Shown here one piece after another: positions 37,531 through 59,588 of a stretch of DNA of 64,000 bases. Made by a program: the position numbers and the translations under genes. The stretch spans positions 56,420,001 to 56,484,000 of the forward strand of contig OZ024745.1 in assembly GCA_964016885.1 (NCBI GenBank), written 5' to 3'. A model generated the notes under the pieces. The model searched no databases and was not told the DNA's origin. It worked only from the letters and a program-made list of their open reading frames with translations. Numbering within the stretch: position 1 is the first letter of the stretch; each line of letters starts with the position of its first letter. The DNA comes from Eledone cirrhosa. Taxonomy: Eukaryota.

Positions 37531-38689
37531 GGCATCTTTATGAGAGCAATATTGAGGAGATCGTGATACGTATGACTACACCAAATGAAGTGTTGATTGC
37601 AATGTATTATAAAACCGACTGAATATCAAAATTAAATTATACAAGAGGCTACAAGAAGATGGCATCAATTCCACAGCTGACCACATATATGTAATACATA
37701 AAAATGAAATATTTCTATAGTTAGAACAGTTACTAATTAAATGGGAATCGTAGGTCACAACCGGAATGGCTTTGGGATTACGGTTTCTATTCACTGACGG
37801 TATAACATGTTGTTATATCTTCACATTTAATAGTAAAAAAACGATTGTTTTTTTATTTGCACATAAACTTTGAGCAAGTTACTAATCGGAAACTGAAACT
37901 TTCATACGTATCTCCATACTACATAGGAACGTATAACATTTTATATAAATTCGTCCAATAACACTAACAAAAGCAAAGCAAGAAAAAATAACGACGTTCA
38001 CAATAACAGTAAAGTGAAGTAGCTTTATTTCCAAAGAAAGAGCAATATAACACAATAAATATATATAACAAATAATATGAGCATGCAACAATTTACTGTG
38101 ATTTTTATACCGCCATCTTCTTCGTTTGCTCGAGTTGGCATTAATTCAAATGTTGGTTAATTGCTGGTAATTTCCGAATTAGTGGACTCTGTAATATTGC
38201 CAATAATAATACGGTAACCCAGAGTAACAGGAAATTAAAATATTATTCGTTCATAGTAAATTTATCCTCTATTCATTTTATTGTCCGCTGAATGGGTGGT
38301 GGAAATTATTGCTTTACCCACTATTGTACATAATAGAAAAATGAGAGATTTTAGACGTTTTTAGAAATACCAACAAGCCACCTGAAATATGTGGATATTT
38401 TCGTAAACAGTCGTATGTAGTAGTAATCCGATTAGTATTTTACGTATTTATTTATTTAGTTACGCATACATTTAATTATACAATTATTTTACTATCCGAC
38501 TTAGTGTTTGGGAAAGTTACGAAACATGAAGATAACCTTATATTATATGATATATAATTTTGAGACGATTAATGCGAGAATGTAAGTATGAATGGACCCG
38601 TAACTTCTAGTGGAGGTGTAGGAGCGTCGTAACTATATACTATGTGCCTTGAGAATGCAAAAAACACTAAATGTCTAAAGTCAGGCTCG

Positions 38690-38900
38690 AGTCCGGAGGC
38701 GCATCGAGTCGGTGCTAATCCCGGTTTCTCTGTCGTTAAGGGACTGTTAATACAAGTTCTGGACTGGAAGCTAGTGAATCGCAGGGTTAAAGCCGCAGCT
38801 ACTGCTGGTATTCATTTATAGCTGAATATATTGATGCAACGTGAAATGAAATATTCTGCTCTAGAACACATCACAGATCACTGTCCAGGAATCGAACCAA
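38690..38900 (-). mobile_element. tRNA-derived SINE, second family
   Basis: B-box-like GGTTCGATTCC on the minus strand at ~38888-38898 followed by typical SINE body. Confidence 0.55.
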
Positions 38901-39029
38901 TGCCATTATTGTTACTGCAACACATGGCTAGGCTAAGGTCAAACCGTCTCCGTATCTGAACATAGACGATTTCCTCCATAGAAGGGGGCGAGTGATAGAA
39001 AGGAAGAGGGAAGTAGATATAAAATGTAT

Positions 39030-39175
39030 TTGAGCACAGTACTAGACAGGTAATATTTTCATCGAACTCGAAAGGATGAAAGACAAATTTGTACTTAGTG
39101 GGAATTGAATTCAGAACCCGTAGATCCGGTCCGAATACTGCAAATCGTACGTTCTAGTGACTCTAATTCGCCATC
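39030..39175 (-). mobile_element. Degenerate SINE (octopus-type family)
   Basis: ATCGAACTCGAAAGGATGAAAGACAAA...GGAATTGAATTCAGAA similar to 37375-37530. Confidence 0.6.
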
Positions 39176-39689
39176 TATAATTGACTGAATAAAATGAATT
39201 AATTGAACTACGCACATCGGCGGTTTCCTTCGTGCACCCAAATAACAGAATATAGATCTGCTTTTACCCATATGTTTACACGGAATTCAGAAATGCTTCG
39301 GTGGACATTTAAAGCAAACTGATATCATGATAAACATAGAAATATAATCAAACTGATTCAAACAAATTTAAACATTATAACTTTCACTTTCAGCAATGAA
39401 TGTTACATTATATTCATTATACGATGTTGTAATAAGCAATATAATATTTCAACTCATAATCACATTTTCAAGACAAACTTTGAACTAGCAAACATATCTA
39501 TGAAAACATGTCGGGACACATTGTTCTTAAATCGGACGACATACATAGGTGTTATAAAACATTAATTGAAATGTATTTATATACGACAAATGATTATACC
39601 TGCAATATTACTAGTGCTAGGCACATACATAATCTTTCTGTTGATGCTGTTAACTAAATATATAATCATTATTCAGGAGGACTATTATG

Positions 39690-39880
39690 TAACGATTTCT
39701 AATTTTGGTACAAGGTCAGCAGGTATGTGTAATTGATTGTAGTGACTAAAGTATTTTACTGATTCTATACTTTATCGTCCTAGAAAGATGAAAGGCACTG
39801 CTAATCTTTGGGGGAATTAAACTTAGAACGGAAAGAAATGGAACAGTTACAGCGAATCATTGTCCGACGCTCTAGCGGCT
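39690..39880 (-). mobile_element. Degenerate SINE (octopus-type family)
   Basis: TTTATCGTCCTAGAAAGATGAAAGGCA...GGAATTAAACTTAGAACG...TCCGACGCTCTA. Confidence 0.6.
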
Positions 39881-42800
39881 CTTTCAATCCTACAAACTCA
39901 AAATTATCAAATATGAACAAAAGTTAAGTTACAATGCAGTTAAAATGTGTATCTGAATATGTAAACAAACATTTCATACACTCAGAAGAGTCTTTTTAGA
40001 AATTAAGATAAATTAATATATATAAAAACAAACAAGATAAATCAGCACTAAAACAGATAACATTGGTAAGGATTACTAAGCGAAATTCATTGGGATTATG
40101 CAAAAGATTGATGACTTACCAAAACTGCAAACATACAGCAAGGAGCAATGTGAACAAACCTTGTTAAAAGTATTATAAAAAGTAGCCAATGTGTTCCAAA
40201 TTGTCGGTTATGTCTCAATTGCCTGACAACTCCAGCTATGTAGTGTGCTATTATTGTTTCGCATTTATCTCATATATTGTGTGCGGTTCTTAAATGCTCC
40301 CATCAAGAAGTACTTTGGACATCTGGAATACTTGTGAGGTGAGACGAGTAACATTGAAATTGGTATTCGCACAATTCGCAGAAACTGCTTGGGAATCTCT
40401 GTAATGGAAGAGTTGTTTAGTGATTTCAGTTGTGCACATATGTGTCAAAAAGATTTTATAGAATAGTATGTAACTGGATAAGGGAAAGATGCAATTGGAG
40501 ATAATGAGGAAATATTAAATCAGACTAGATGGATAATACAATATCACGAGCTAGAAGCTGATATATTAAGTAGCCATGTGATTCTTCCATACGAATTGAA
40601 TATGTTTATGTGTTACAAAAAAAAACAACAAAAATAAAACATATATAATGCTAATGCTGAAAATAAACAAATTACCCTATATAAGAGATTTTCTCATGAT
40701 ATAGAATATCGATGATGAAAGAGAAAAGCAAGTATCTCAAATCAAAGAACCCAAACACAAAAAAAGTTCATTGCGAAATCACAAAGTATCGGTTGTTATG
40801 AAACATCAATAACGATATTTTTTACAAAAATAATACCAGCAGGTTTGGCACGTACTGAAACCGATTTTATGAAGCAGTATCTAAAAGCAAAAAAATCAAA
40901 ATCAATACGGCGTCGACAGGTAAATGATTTTCCGAGATGACAACGACAGTCAATGGAATGCAACGGAGATGAATGTTCAGAAAACAAACAAACACAGCAC
41001 GGAATAATAATAGAGAGCAGTAAAAATAAGATAGGCAGTTTAGATGACGCAACAAATAAACAATAAAAAACAACAGGAAGCGATATTTTTCAAAACTTTT
41101 GATTAATATAAATAACTGGCACAAACTGCTGGCAAAGATAATTTATTAACAGCGCAGGAGCTTTATTGAAAAAGGAAAAATAATCTGTATCGAAGAGAAG
41201 TTGTATTTATCCTAAAGCCTACACTAAACAAACTCCCAATACTACAGACCAATGACATATTTGGCATTGGTAAACAATGTATTATCGCAATAATATCACA
41301 GAAGTTAAGAAAAGACTAATTCTATTTCACTCACTAGAATGATTGAATAACACCAGTTATTGATTAGCAATGTCATAATATTCATCTGTAGGAAGGGAAG
41401 GTATGGTCTGAATATCGAATGATTTTGACAACTGAAGGATTTTGGAAGCGTTTGTCTTGTGTAAATAGTGTCAATACCAGACAAAGGCGAGAAATAAATT
41501 ATAAATAAAATAGAATCCCATCTTTATTACGAAATATTTCACTCCCCTTTTCTATTTTCTTTATTGCTTGTTTGTAACAAATTTGAATTTAAACCAGATA
41601 TGTTGTGTACACATTTTACGGAAAGACAATCAACCATAATTTAGATGACTTCAAGTTATAAGACCCATAGTATATAGGATTCACTTGTAGAGGTAATAGA
41701 AAAAACATTAAAGAGGAACTAAAAGAATATGAAAGCAATGCCACTTCAGATTCATAAACAAAGATAAAATAATTTCCGAAAATACTTCATAGGTTGTAAT
41801 CACATACACTCAAACAAAATAAGAAGAATAGTGATAGGCACGTTACATTAATACTCAAAATAGTACATATAGATAAAGTTTATGAATACTTTAGCTGTTC
41901 CGGAAATAGTTTATTGTATTGGAAATTAAGTGAACACGAGTAGCAGCCATAATGAAAAGAAGAAAAATGCGTACATAAATGACTGACCACCTAATAACTG
42001 GCGCAGAAAAATATATTTACCAAATTATTACATAACCCCAAACCATATTTGCTACGAATACACAATAGAAATCTGCTCCAACTAATATATATGTATATAT
42101 ATATTATAAAATGTATGTATATATTATAAAATGTCATATATACTGAAAAAATCGAAACATTTTCCAAACATACCAAAATCCCTTTTACTCTCTTCCAATA
42201 AGCCAGCATGTATAATGGAAATACTGATATAATAAAATAAAAATAGAAGCGTTTTGCAAAGAATCTGTAACTTAATATCTAAAGAGGAAATTGCATATGA
42301 AAGTGACACGTTGTGGTAATGACATGAAAAGCCACTATATACCCAGTAACAAACAACACAGAATGAAGCGGGAGTAAATAATGACAAAATTCATCACTGG
42401 TAAAAAAAAAAATCTGTGATTCATAGCTGAGACCGAAGTACTTTTGGTTGCAGTACAAATAACAATGACTTCCAATCAACATCTACCAATATTAGAATAT
42501 GTTACAGAATACTAAATCTAATTACATGATAATTGGATGGTATTAACACACTAGGTATCGCATCGCATATGGCTATCCATACTAATGAGGGCTTTGAAAA
42601 GGATTAAAATATATAATCGAGGCCCAAGATAATCATACAGAATAGAACATAACTAGTCGCTGTACTGACAATGATTTTGGGGAAGAAGTTCGATTAAATC
42701 GTTGCTATTTAAGAGTAATTATTGTCCATATAGATTTAAACAAACAAACAAAAACAAATGAAAAAGAAAATTGCTCACCAATTGGAAACGAAACTGAGAG

Positions 42801-43789
42801 GGTCACGTTTATTCTCTCACGTGACAGGGAGGCTAACTTATATTTCATGAAAATATTTTTTTAAAGTCTATGAATCAGACAGTTGTTTATGCTTGTATTT
42901 CTTTCAGCGTATCTGTGTGACTTTGAGTATGGGTGTATGTGGATTGTGTGCGATTGACCACTAAAGGCAGTTACAAGGTCCACGTTAGTCAGTTCATTAA
43001 AACAGAACATACATGCAGAATACATATGACGAAATGTTTCTGAAAATGTGTTCTTCATTTTTCAAGCGTTGGTAACTCATGAATTATATAAATCAATATC
43101 TCGTCTAACTTTTCATTTTTCTTTTAGTGTTCTTAAAGTTGTGTTGCAAATTTGTTTGTATATACGTGTAATTGTATGTATGTGCCTGTATGTTAGCCTG
43201 TACACACTTTGTGTTTTAGTAAAGCCAATATGTGTTAATATTCTTGTACATATATATGTATAATAGAACATTACCGTTAACAATTGCGTGAGAATGTATG
43301 TGTCAGTGGGCTTATGTGTGCATATGTAAATATGAATTTGTGTATGCAATTATCGAAGTTCCTGTTAGTAAAAATAACATTCCATTAAATGATTGGAATG
43401 AAACAATCAGAAAAATTGCATAATAAATAACTAAATTAGTCATGTTTTCCATGATTGCTTCTATCTATATTTAACATTTTCCGATTTTTCGCCTTCTCTC
43501 TATAACCTCCTCTTTCACCCTTTTCTTTCTCATCTGCTGCCTCCATCTTTCTGTCTCTTTCATATTTATTTAATATATTTTCCATATCTGAATGGAAATT
43601 GCTAAATCTAATATTTCAATCACGAGGGTTAGTCAAGGGAGGAAAGCAATGTAGGATATGTATGACCTAGGGAGGAAGGGGTTAATATATCAATTCATGC
43701 ATGCACCCACCCAGACACACACGCACACACACACATACACACACACGCACACACACACACAGACACACACACACATATATATAAATACA

Positions 43790-50592
<6,803 letters not shown>

Positions 50593-50600
<8 letters not shown>

Positions 50601-51089
50601 AAGGTTTAGCAAATAATGAAAAAGTTTCAAAATAAATTTTCAAAAATTGACTTTACCTACTATAGTTACCTTTACCGATCGGTTTCGAATCCCAAAAATA
50701 AAACGGAGACCATACGGCCTTCGTTGCAAAGAAAGATTCTCGTCAGAAGGTTCTTTTCATTCAAAGAATATAAAATTCCTGAATTTAAATCACAAACTAG
50801 CGCTATCAAAACTGTTCCTGGGATGAGAGTGGATGAAGAAACAGGTTTATCAAGGGCCGTAGCAAAGATAGAGGCAAAAGGAGATAGGTCGAACTAGCCA
50901 CAGCTATTGCTAGCAGCAGTCAGAACGACCAATTTTGTTCTCAACGTTAGTGGAGGTAGTAGTAATATGAAATACGTTCCTTCACGCACAAGGCGCCAAG
51001 GTACGCATGTATTGTCCAACCAAATGCCAGTGTGGTTCAATGGCGGGTTAATAAATTAACGAGCCAGAACAAATATAAACAAGGTTTAG

Positions 51090-51094
<5 letters not shown>
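50593..51094 (-). mobile_element. 480-bp HHR monomer with ~22-bp terminal redundancy (family G)
   Basis: TATAAACAAGGTTTAGCAAATA at both ends (offset 480), (TA)n on both sides, one intact HHR. Confidence 0.85.
50668..50751 (-). ncRNA. Type I hammerhead ribozyme with extended stem II (family G)
   Basis: Minus: ACCTT-CTGACGA-GAATC..(43 nt)..GATTC-GAAA-CCGATCGG-TA-AAGGT; stem I ACCTT/AAGGT, palindromic stem III ACCGATCGGT. Confidence 0.9.
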
Positions 51095-51157
<63 letters not shown>

Positions 51158-51729
51158 GATGCAGGCACACACTTACGCATGTATATAAATGCATGTATGT
51201 GTAACCATAGATTATACATGCAAAAAGTAAACAGAAATAACAAAGTTAATGATACAGTAAAAAAATTAAATGTTTAAAGCTTGATGTAGTAGGAAAATAT
51301 ATTAACGTTTTAGATACTAGTCCTTCTTCAGAAGATAGAATGGCAACTAAGTGTTGAAATAGAAAGATAGAAAATGAGAAGCGGAAGGAATAGAAAAATT
51401 GCTTCTGAGAAAAAACAAATATGTAAATTCTATATATGTACATATGTGTATCTCTCTTTCTCTCTCTCACTCATTCTCTCTCTCTCGCATTCATTCTCCC
51501 CCCCCCCTCTCTACACGCACACACATATATACACAGTTTAATGATTTGTAGCGGTGACAAGGAACCCAGAATTCTGATGAGCTATTGATTCCAGTGTCAT
51601 GCCGGATCGATACGGATCGCACCTTCAGCTGATAAGTTTCGAAACACGCGTCACAACTGAAGAAAGTTAAAGATTATACTTTGATACCTTATTCCTACTT
51701 TTTATTATTATTCGGTGGATTGACAGTAT

Positions 51730-51910
51730 CGATATGGCGTCGGACAATATGCTGTGCGGCATACAGTTACGTCCCTTTACGTTTTGAGTTCAATTCCCGC
51801 CGGGGTTCATCCTTACGGGGTCGATAAGTACCAGTAGTTTAATCGACTTTCCCCTTATTCAAAATTGTTGGCCTTATACCTAAATCGGAAATCAATATTA
51901 ATAATATTAT
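51730..51910 (+). mobile_element. SINE (octopus-type family)
   Basis: GAGTTCAATTCCCGCCGGGG..TTCATCCTTACGGGGTCGATAAGTACCAGT..TAATCGACTT, AAT-rich tail. Confidence 0.75.
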
Positions 51911-54593
51911 TAATATATATATATACGATCGCAGGCATATGTGGGTGGTTAATTAGGTTCACAGTTAGATGCATGCATATGTTGATGTTCGTCGCTGGTA
52001 ATCCACCGCAATGTAGCTATTCTACAAAAACGAGAGAGCTAAATTTAGTACCTGACTTGAAAAATATGTACTGCTATCGGTATGAACGAATAACGCAAGA
52101 TGGTTCCCCAGAATGACCACAGTCCTATGGCTGAAAGTAAACAAATTAACAAAAGAATAAATGAATACCGACATATTTATATTTAAAATAACATTTGATA
52201 ATGTTCCAGTATCACAGAAATTACTTGGCATTTGCCTTTATTATCAAAACTTTATTATCATAAGTATTAGATAAATTGTTCAATTGACTAATTGCCAAAC
52301 ATGTTTAATACATCTCTTTGTCAGTTATCATAGTATATTCTATGATCAATAAAGCTTTGTCCCATCTAAACTTGTATTAAATTGTATTATAATACATTTT
52401 AAATCGATGCAATAATGCATCATGTTTTTCGAGTAAAAGGTATTCAACGGTCTAGCATTCCACTCCGATTCCATAGAACCCCACATTACCATCAGGCATT
52501 TGCCTACATTAACCTATTCACATAGTGATACCAAAGTTAACAAATGTTTTGCAATAGGTCTATACAGCTCAACAACCGTAAATTTTAGCGGGGGTCAAAA
52601 CCAGTCCTATAGAAATTGCTGGAACACATTTTCATCCATTTCACTCTTGACATGGGTATATTCTACATTGCTGCTTCCATACACACCTCACCATAAATGT
52701 TCATTCAAACCAGTAGTGGTACTGTGTATTTGCCCCCCTCTCATCGAAACTCCGATCTAAACATTTGGAGGCTTTAGATGGATATCGCAAATGTTTCTAT
52801 TGATCATCAGATTGATCGTAGATATCTGCTCTCAGTCAATTGTAATCTGTTATTCCCGAACTGTTCATTATAATATAAATTGGGAATGGGTTTCCATGTC
52901 TTTTGATTGATGTTGACGTTTCTAGAATAAGTTACCCAACCAGTCTGATTATTTAAATCATCAAACATTGATTGATTATCAAGCAATGTAAAGACTGAAC
53001 ATTTCTATATTACACTAAAATGTTACGGTTATTGCAAAATTAATTATTCTCGATAATAAGTTGCTATAAATGTATTCGTGAAAAAAATAGTATTTTCATT
53101 CATATTGATTAAACGTAATTAAACACGGAATATGTATGATTGCACATACTTTGAAAGCAGCACATGTCAATTCATTTTACTGGCAGCATTTCCGAAGCCT
53201 ACTAGCAATGATGATGCAATTTCCTTCAAATTTTACGTAATTTGGTGAGATTCCCTTCTTGGAACTATGTAGTTCACCACTTTAAACTTATTCCTATAAT
53301 TCACAACTCGAAAGGTCGGAAAAATTATGGACTAATTATATATATAACTTTATCATTTTACTTGCTATAAGCAAGTTATTTAAACCCTAAGCACATTCAA
53401 TAACTTGGCAGGAAATCATTGTTGTGAGTAGATCATTGATTGATATATGTAAAGCCAGAACAAAACTTTCATAGAAGCATCTATTTGTTTTAACTTTGAA
53501 AAATTGGGAAATAAAATACACGTCAATCGCTATTTTAAATCAGAAATGCGAAATTTGCTAGACTATCTTAAAATTGAAGTCTCTGTTATTTGTTTAATCT
53601 TCAAAACATCACAAAAATGAAAAAAGGCAGAATCCCATATATGGGGTTTATGGCGAAATAACCCATACATATTTATCTTTATAATGTATGCAAAGAAATC
53701 AAATTGCACTTTTGATTATTCACACATATTTTATCCATATTCACATATTCAAAAAAATAATTGTTTATTGAGAATTTTGCTAATACATGTCTGTTACAAA
53801 ATCTACGTTTTAAATACATTCATTTCCTAATAATAAGAAAACAAATCATCCAGATATTATCTGCAACTGATACTCCTCTAAACTCCACGAATATGGAATT
53901 CTTCCACACGGGGCACGAGTAAAAGCTTTGTGAAAGAATTGCACGGATATTAGGGTGATCACCCAATAAAATATAGCGTTAAATATCAACTGCACCAACT
54001 TCGCAAATCTTAAAAGCATGCAAATACTTGGTACATTCATCTACGTTGAATGTAAATACTTATAATAAATTCCTAGGATTCTAAAGGTATAAACTCGTTG
54101 GCTTCGTTCAAAATTAGTCATAGTATTTTAAATTGAAGGAATCTGTATGAGTGCTCATGAATTCAGTGACATTTTAATGAATAAATACAAGTTTTCCCGT
54201 AGGACATTTATATATTCATGTAAATATTTACCTCGGCAAACGCTCTTGAAATAGAAATAGTTTCTTATTTAGCTTCCCAATATATATGGCCGTCATTTCA
54301 TCACAAATTGTTTGTATATAAGTCTTCTTCCACTTATACGCAAATTGTTCTCACGAAATTATCAAAAAATTAGCTCATAAAATAGTACGCCATGTCAGAA
54401 GATAGTACTATGTCTTCGGATATGTTATCCTCTTATAAACTCGTCAGACTTTTACGACAGATATATTAAACACCGACTCCTCATTATATATATGTACATG
54501 AGTATATGTGTATGTGTTTTTCATATATAAATGTGCGAGAATATCTGTAAAAATATTTGCACATATATTCATATGTATATAATGTACAGATAA

Positions 54594-54678
<85 letters not shown>

Positions 54679-57600
54679 AGAAATTCAAATGTCTTGCTGA
54701 TCCGTTGGTTTTTGTTGGCATAGGTCGGTGGCAGATGTCAGTTCGTGACCAACGGGCGTTGCTGTTGACGTTTTCCGCCCGGTAACCTTTATGTCCAGTT
54801 GGTAAGACTATTTGTCATTGTGATAAATTACTTTGAAGCATTCCCAATAAATACAAATTCGATGAACTCTTATAAAAAATATAATCATATATATATATAA
54901 CATTTTTCTCTTGCTTTCGGATATTTGTGAGCGATTCGAATTCCATAAACAAAGTTGCGCTGAAGAGAATAACATAATTTTTTGTGATGATGTGGTTTAC
55001 TCAAAGGTCACCACTCATTCCTCGGTATAATAATGAAGTATTTCATATACTATTAATTAATCTATTCAGATGTTATTTAATCTTGGATTTGAGCGAGATC
55101 TTACCGCTTTCAGTAAAGAATCGTGATAAACAGAGGCAAACTCTCCTACCCAGTATTACATTATCTTTGGCCGTTTTTAAATATTCCAGTGGAGACGAAC
55201 TGCAGTACGTAAAACCTAACCCATTTCTCCAAACTTTTCGATATGCCATTTGCTGTGTTTAGACACAAAGGCAAATGATGATTGTCGTAGTAATCCTTCA
55301 TGTTTCCGTATAAAGTAGTCTAGTTATAAAGGACACGTAACATCAATATACAATGAGATAAATGATAGAGATATACATCGATACAGAATAAACGTATTTG
55401 GTGATCGGATATAAAGAACGAATATATTATTGTAAAATTAAATGATACAGATCCGATAAGTTTAATTATCATGCAATGTATTGTAAGAATATTCATGAAA
55501 TGGGAATTTGAGACATGTTGTACGTGTATGTGAAGAAATGTGTTTTGATATATCATCGTCTCAGACATGGTTAGCACGTTCATTTACACTCTGATATCGT
55601 CAAACATATTAGATATCCACTTCAAATTGATCTCATACCATAAGGAACGTATAAACAAGCAAACATCATATCAAAAAATAAACATGATTGGTGATATAAA
55701 TCTAAATCTCTGGTGTTAAAGTATACACATATCAAATTCACGCACTACAAAGGAAGAAGTATAGACACCAACAACACTTCACGTACTGAAGATGAAATTC
55801 CAATAAGTAGGAATTTCACAACTGCAAGGGACTCATGGGGAATTATTAAAACATACTGTTAATAAAGCTAAAAGTTAAAAATAATTACGTTCATAATACA
55901 ATGCAAAATAAAAAAAAATCTGTTCCATATATACACGAATAAATATATATATATTTTAATTTACTATATATTTACATATATACATATATATTTACATATA
56001 TACTTACATATATACTTACACACACACACTTACACAAACACACACACACAAACACACATACACACGCACACATATATATATAGTGGTAAGAAACTCCCAA
56101 GAGAGCTGGAAAGTTGTAGGTCTTCAGAGAAAAAAAAAGAAAAAAAAAACATCAACTGTTACAGCCCTTAACATATTACGCACTAAGTGAGCCGGGACGC
56201 ATATAGGTGACAACTCCTGGGTTCAATACATATAGTAATTCGGATATCGGAGAATTGTGTATTTAAACCGTGTGAAGATTTATTCAAAAGATCCAACTCG
56301 AAATCCTGTCCATCGCCTCTGCTTTCAAACGCTTCCTTGAGTTTGGAAAAATAACATAAGTTGTGAAGGCTGCAGTAAGATCAACGTTATCATGACTTCC
56401 CCAGTGTAGTGTTTGATATGTATAGGATGGGAGGGTGTGAAGTCGAAGTCAGAGTAGGTGTCAGGGGACTTGAAGATGGCTGAGGGTTTGACGAAACGAT
56501 CGGAGGGATAATTACGGCGACAGAGATATTTAGGGAGTGGAGAGAAGTGGGGTAGTTAGAGGAGGTGAAGTTGAGAGTAGAGTGGTTGGAGGACAGGTGA
56601 ACCAATAGTAACTAAATGTTACACAATATAGAATATATATATATATATGGCTGTGTCTGGGTGTGTGTGCGTGTGTGTGTTTGTGTGACTGTATGTGTTG
56701 TGTGAGAGTGCTTTACACATGTCATGCTGTTACTGCTCATAAGCAGCACATCTCCATTCCCCCTATTGCTATATCTATTTATTTCTGTTAGTTTTGTCAC
56801 CTGAGTAAATTATGCTTCGCTTACCACGTCTAATGTCATTGAAACCTGTCAGTTCCTGACACCTATCGGCTTTAGAGGCAAAATCCACTTTAATACATTT
56901 TCCATATATTCCAAGAATAAAAATTAATTGATGATATTTTTTCACGTTTTCACTTTGCTTGGGGATTATAAATTTTACGGAATTCTTCAAGATTATTTTG
57001 CTTTTTTGTGAATTGCATGTATTTTAACTCATCCGACTCTCTAAAAACCACGATAATGCTGTTTAATTGGCAATTTGTTTAAAATATGAAAAGAATGTAA
57101 TAATAAACAATCATACTTAAACATCCATTCAAATGAGAAAAGAAGACATCTTTAATTGTTGGAGTGATAAATGATGCATATTATTTAATATGACAGAACA
57201 AAAATGACCTGGAGTAAAAAGTACTTTTATGTGTTTCTTGTTTTCTATATATCCTATGCAAGGTTATACTGAAACTGGGAATTTGCTTTCACATATTGTT
57301 TGTAAATAGAATTTAGTATATTGTTAATATTTAGAGAAAATGGCCCAATCATGTAATCATTCACTCACAAAACCATATACGCTGGTAAATGATGAGTAGA
57401 AATGACATATTATTCAACCCTGTAGATACCTTACCACACTAACTATATGCTTTCAATTCTTGTCAAAAGCTCCAGGCAATAATTTAACGCACGGAGACAA
57501 TTATATTTATCTCGCCTTTGAATCTGTGAATAGTTTTTTTGTAAAGTTGAGATATTTTTATGTCCTCATTAATTTTCAGAAATACGTTTATGATTTTTCC

Positions 57601-58269
57601 ACCTCTAAAAGTACATGCCTTAGTACAATTAACTGATAGTTTTATTGTTCATAATGCTTCGTAAATAACCAGCTTATAAAAGAACGTGGAGTTAATACTA
57701 AAACTTGAGATAGTATGTATGAAATTACAAATGAATATATATTCAAAGCGTCAAATGTAAATCAGAAAATAATTTGGTTAATACAGAGATATGGGGAGAG
57801 CGAGAGAAATGGAGGCAATGAAATTGGGAGTTCGGCTCTTCCACTTCGGGCCATATACTTGTGGTTGTGTTCCTTATCTATAGAGTGCATGTACAACAAC
57901 AACCACCTTTGAACTCTTTTCATCAGAATTGTCTCCGCTGTACCAACAGATTCAGATATCATTTGATTAATGACGTGGAATTGGTTCTGATTGATTCACT
58001 TTTTGCAAATATATAAAATATCCTATGGTGAGAAAAACACTTGTCAGCTGCCGCTGTGAAGAATGGTATTTCGTATATCTCAAAATATTGATGCCCTTCA
58101 TCTTGTCTCTATTAGTGTAAAAGGGATGAAATAATTCGGTCATCGTATCAACAACAGACATTCTGAACTAATACCAACGATACAAGGGGCTATATCGTAA
58201 ATATACACACACTCAACTACGCGCATTTACTAAAAAGACGTATATATGTGAGTGTGTTTATGTGAACGA

Positions 58270-59300
58270 TGAGTTAATATCTGTATACAACAACTACAAC
58301 GGTACGCGATGGGACCCACCCACAGCCCCGGCGGACGGAATGGAGAAGGCGTTTCCCCGGAGGACGGCAAGGGAGACGCGCTGGAAAAGCCGCCACTCCA
58401 ACTCGCGTGGCTCACACCTGCGGATGGCCAGCTCAGCGCTTATGGTGGTGAGTAAGGAGGTAGCCCTGGTGCCGAAGATACCAGAAGTCTCCACTGCCAG
58501 GGGTATGACAGCAAACCTGTCGGTGAGCGACCGGTATTTGAGGAGTTTGGCCCCCTCAGCCCGACGTGCAGCAGAACCTGGGTCAGTCGCAGACTGCACC
58601 AGATTGCGGCTGCAGAAAGTGTCAGTGCAAGTGGCATCCTAGACGAGGGGTTTGCCACCGCGGAACGGGAAGATGGTCATACCATCTGGCCTTTTGCCGT
58701 TCCGTCGATCCAGCCCCACCGACTTGAGCTGGGAAGGGAAGCCTGCAGCGTCCAAGCCATGCTTAATGACCTCGTTGAGGGAGGCATGGCGTGGAATGCG
58801 GCCGGCACTGTGGCGACAGGAAATCGGGTGGATGCCGAAAGAGTCCACGGTGGAACCGCAGCGACATCGATGTGGCTGGCAGATCCGGAGGGCGAGCCTC
58901 AGGTAAACGCCGATGCGCAGGCTATGGTTGTCTAGCTGCGTGCCAGTGGGGAAGAAGGGCAGGGCATGGAGCCAGGCACCACTGTGGGGGTTTGGAGGCC
59001 GCACGAAAACAAGCAAGGCCGTGCTGGTCGAGCTGGCGCGTGAGCCTGTCTGAGGCCAGGCTGCACTGGATGGCATCCCAAGTGCGTTGGGGGGGGACTT
59101 GACGTCAACAGGGGGAGAAGGAGGAGGGACGTCTACTGGGCTGAGTCCCCGCCGGTCCCACGTCTCACAGGCGGCCTCACGTTCTCTGAACACCGAGGGT
59201 TCTGTTATGTGTTGAAGATCCTTGCTGACGAGGACGCGGCACGAGGTTACCGACGAAAGATACGCTGGCAAAGCTAGTGAGATCGGGGACCGGAGGTCAA
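58270..59300 (-). mobile_element. 5'-truncated CRE-clade non-LTR retrotransposon (CCHC plus restriction-like endonuclease)
   Basis: GAWLHALP..LDN..LRI...LRL..CRCG...D..G.H..SC....GR..RH..LN; RPDG..P..GKPLV*DATC.DT; AE..K..KY; PLAVETSG; QRVSLAVLRGNA; single stop at ~58639; GC-rich island. Confidence 0.9.
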
Positions 59301-59529
59301 GGCCGCCATACCTGACAGGTAAAGTGGCCCTATGTTATTGAGTTTTCTTACAGCTGCTGCATGTTGTATTGGGTCAACAAACATTTCTCCGACAACAAGA
59401 AGGTCATCCATTTCCTCAATCATTCTCATATTTAAATTTGATTCTGTTTTGAGAAGATCAGAATAGCGTTTGTACATTCGCTTTTGTATGGATGCAGCAT
59501 ATATCCATAAAGAGCTGGTGGCCACAGAC

Positions 59530-59588
59530 AAGAAGAAGAAGAAGAAGAAGAAGAAGAAGAAGAAGAAGAAGAAGAAGAAGAAGAAGAA
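59530..59588. repeat. (GAA)n microsatellite
   Basis: About 19 perfect copies. Confidence 0.95.

Noticed and set aside
50616-50897. 93-aa ORF inside the 480-bp element
   Set aside because: Antisense to the ribozyme, no recognisable domain; length compatible with chance
52780-52815. CTGATGA-TCAATA-GAAAC on minus strand
   Set aside because: Stem II too weak and no properly placed UH or stem I; likely chance
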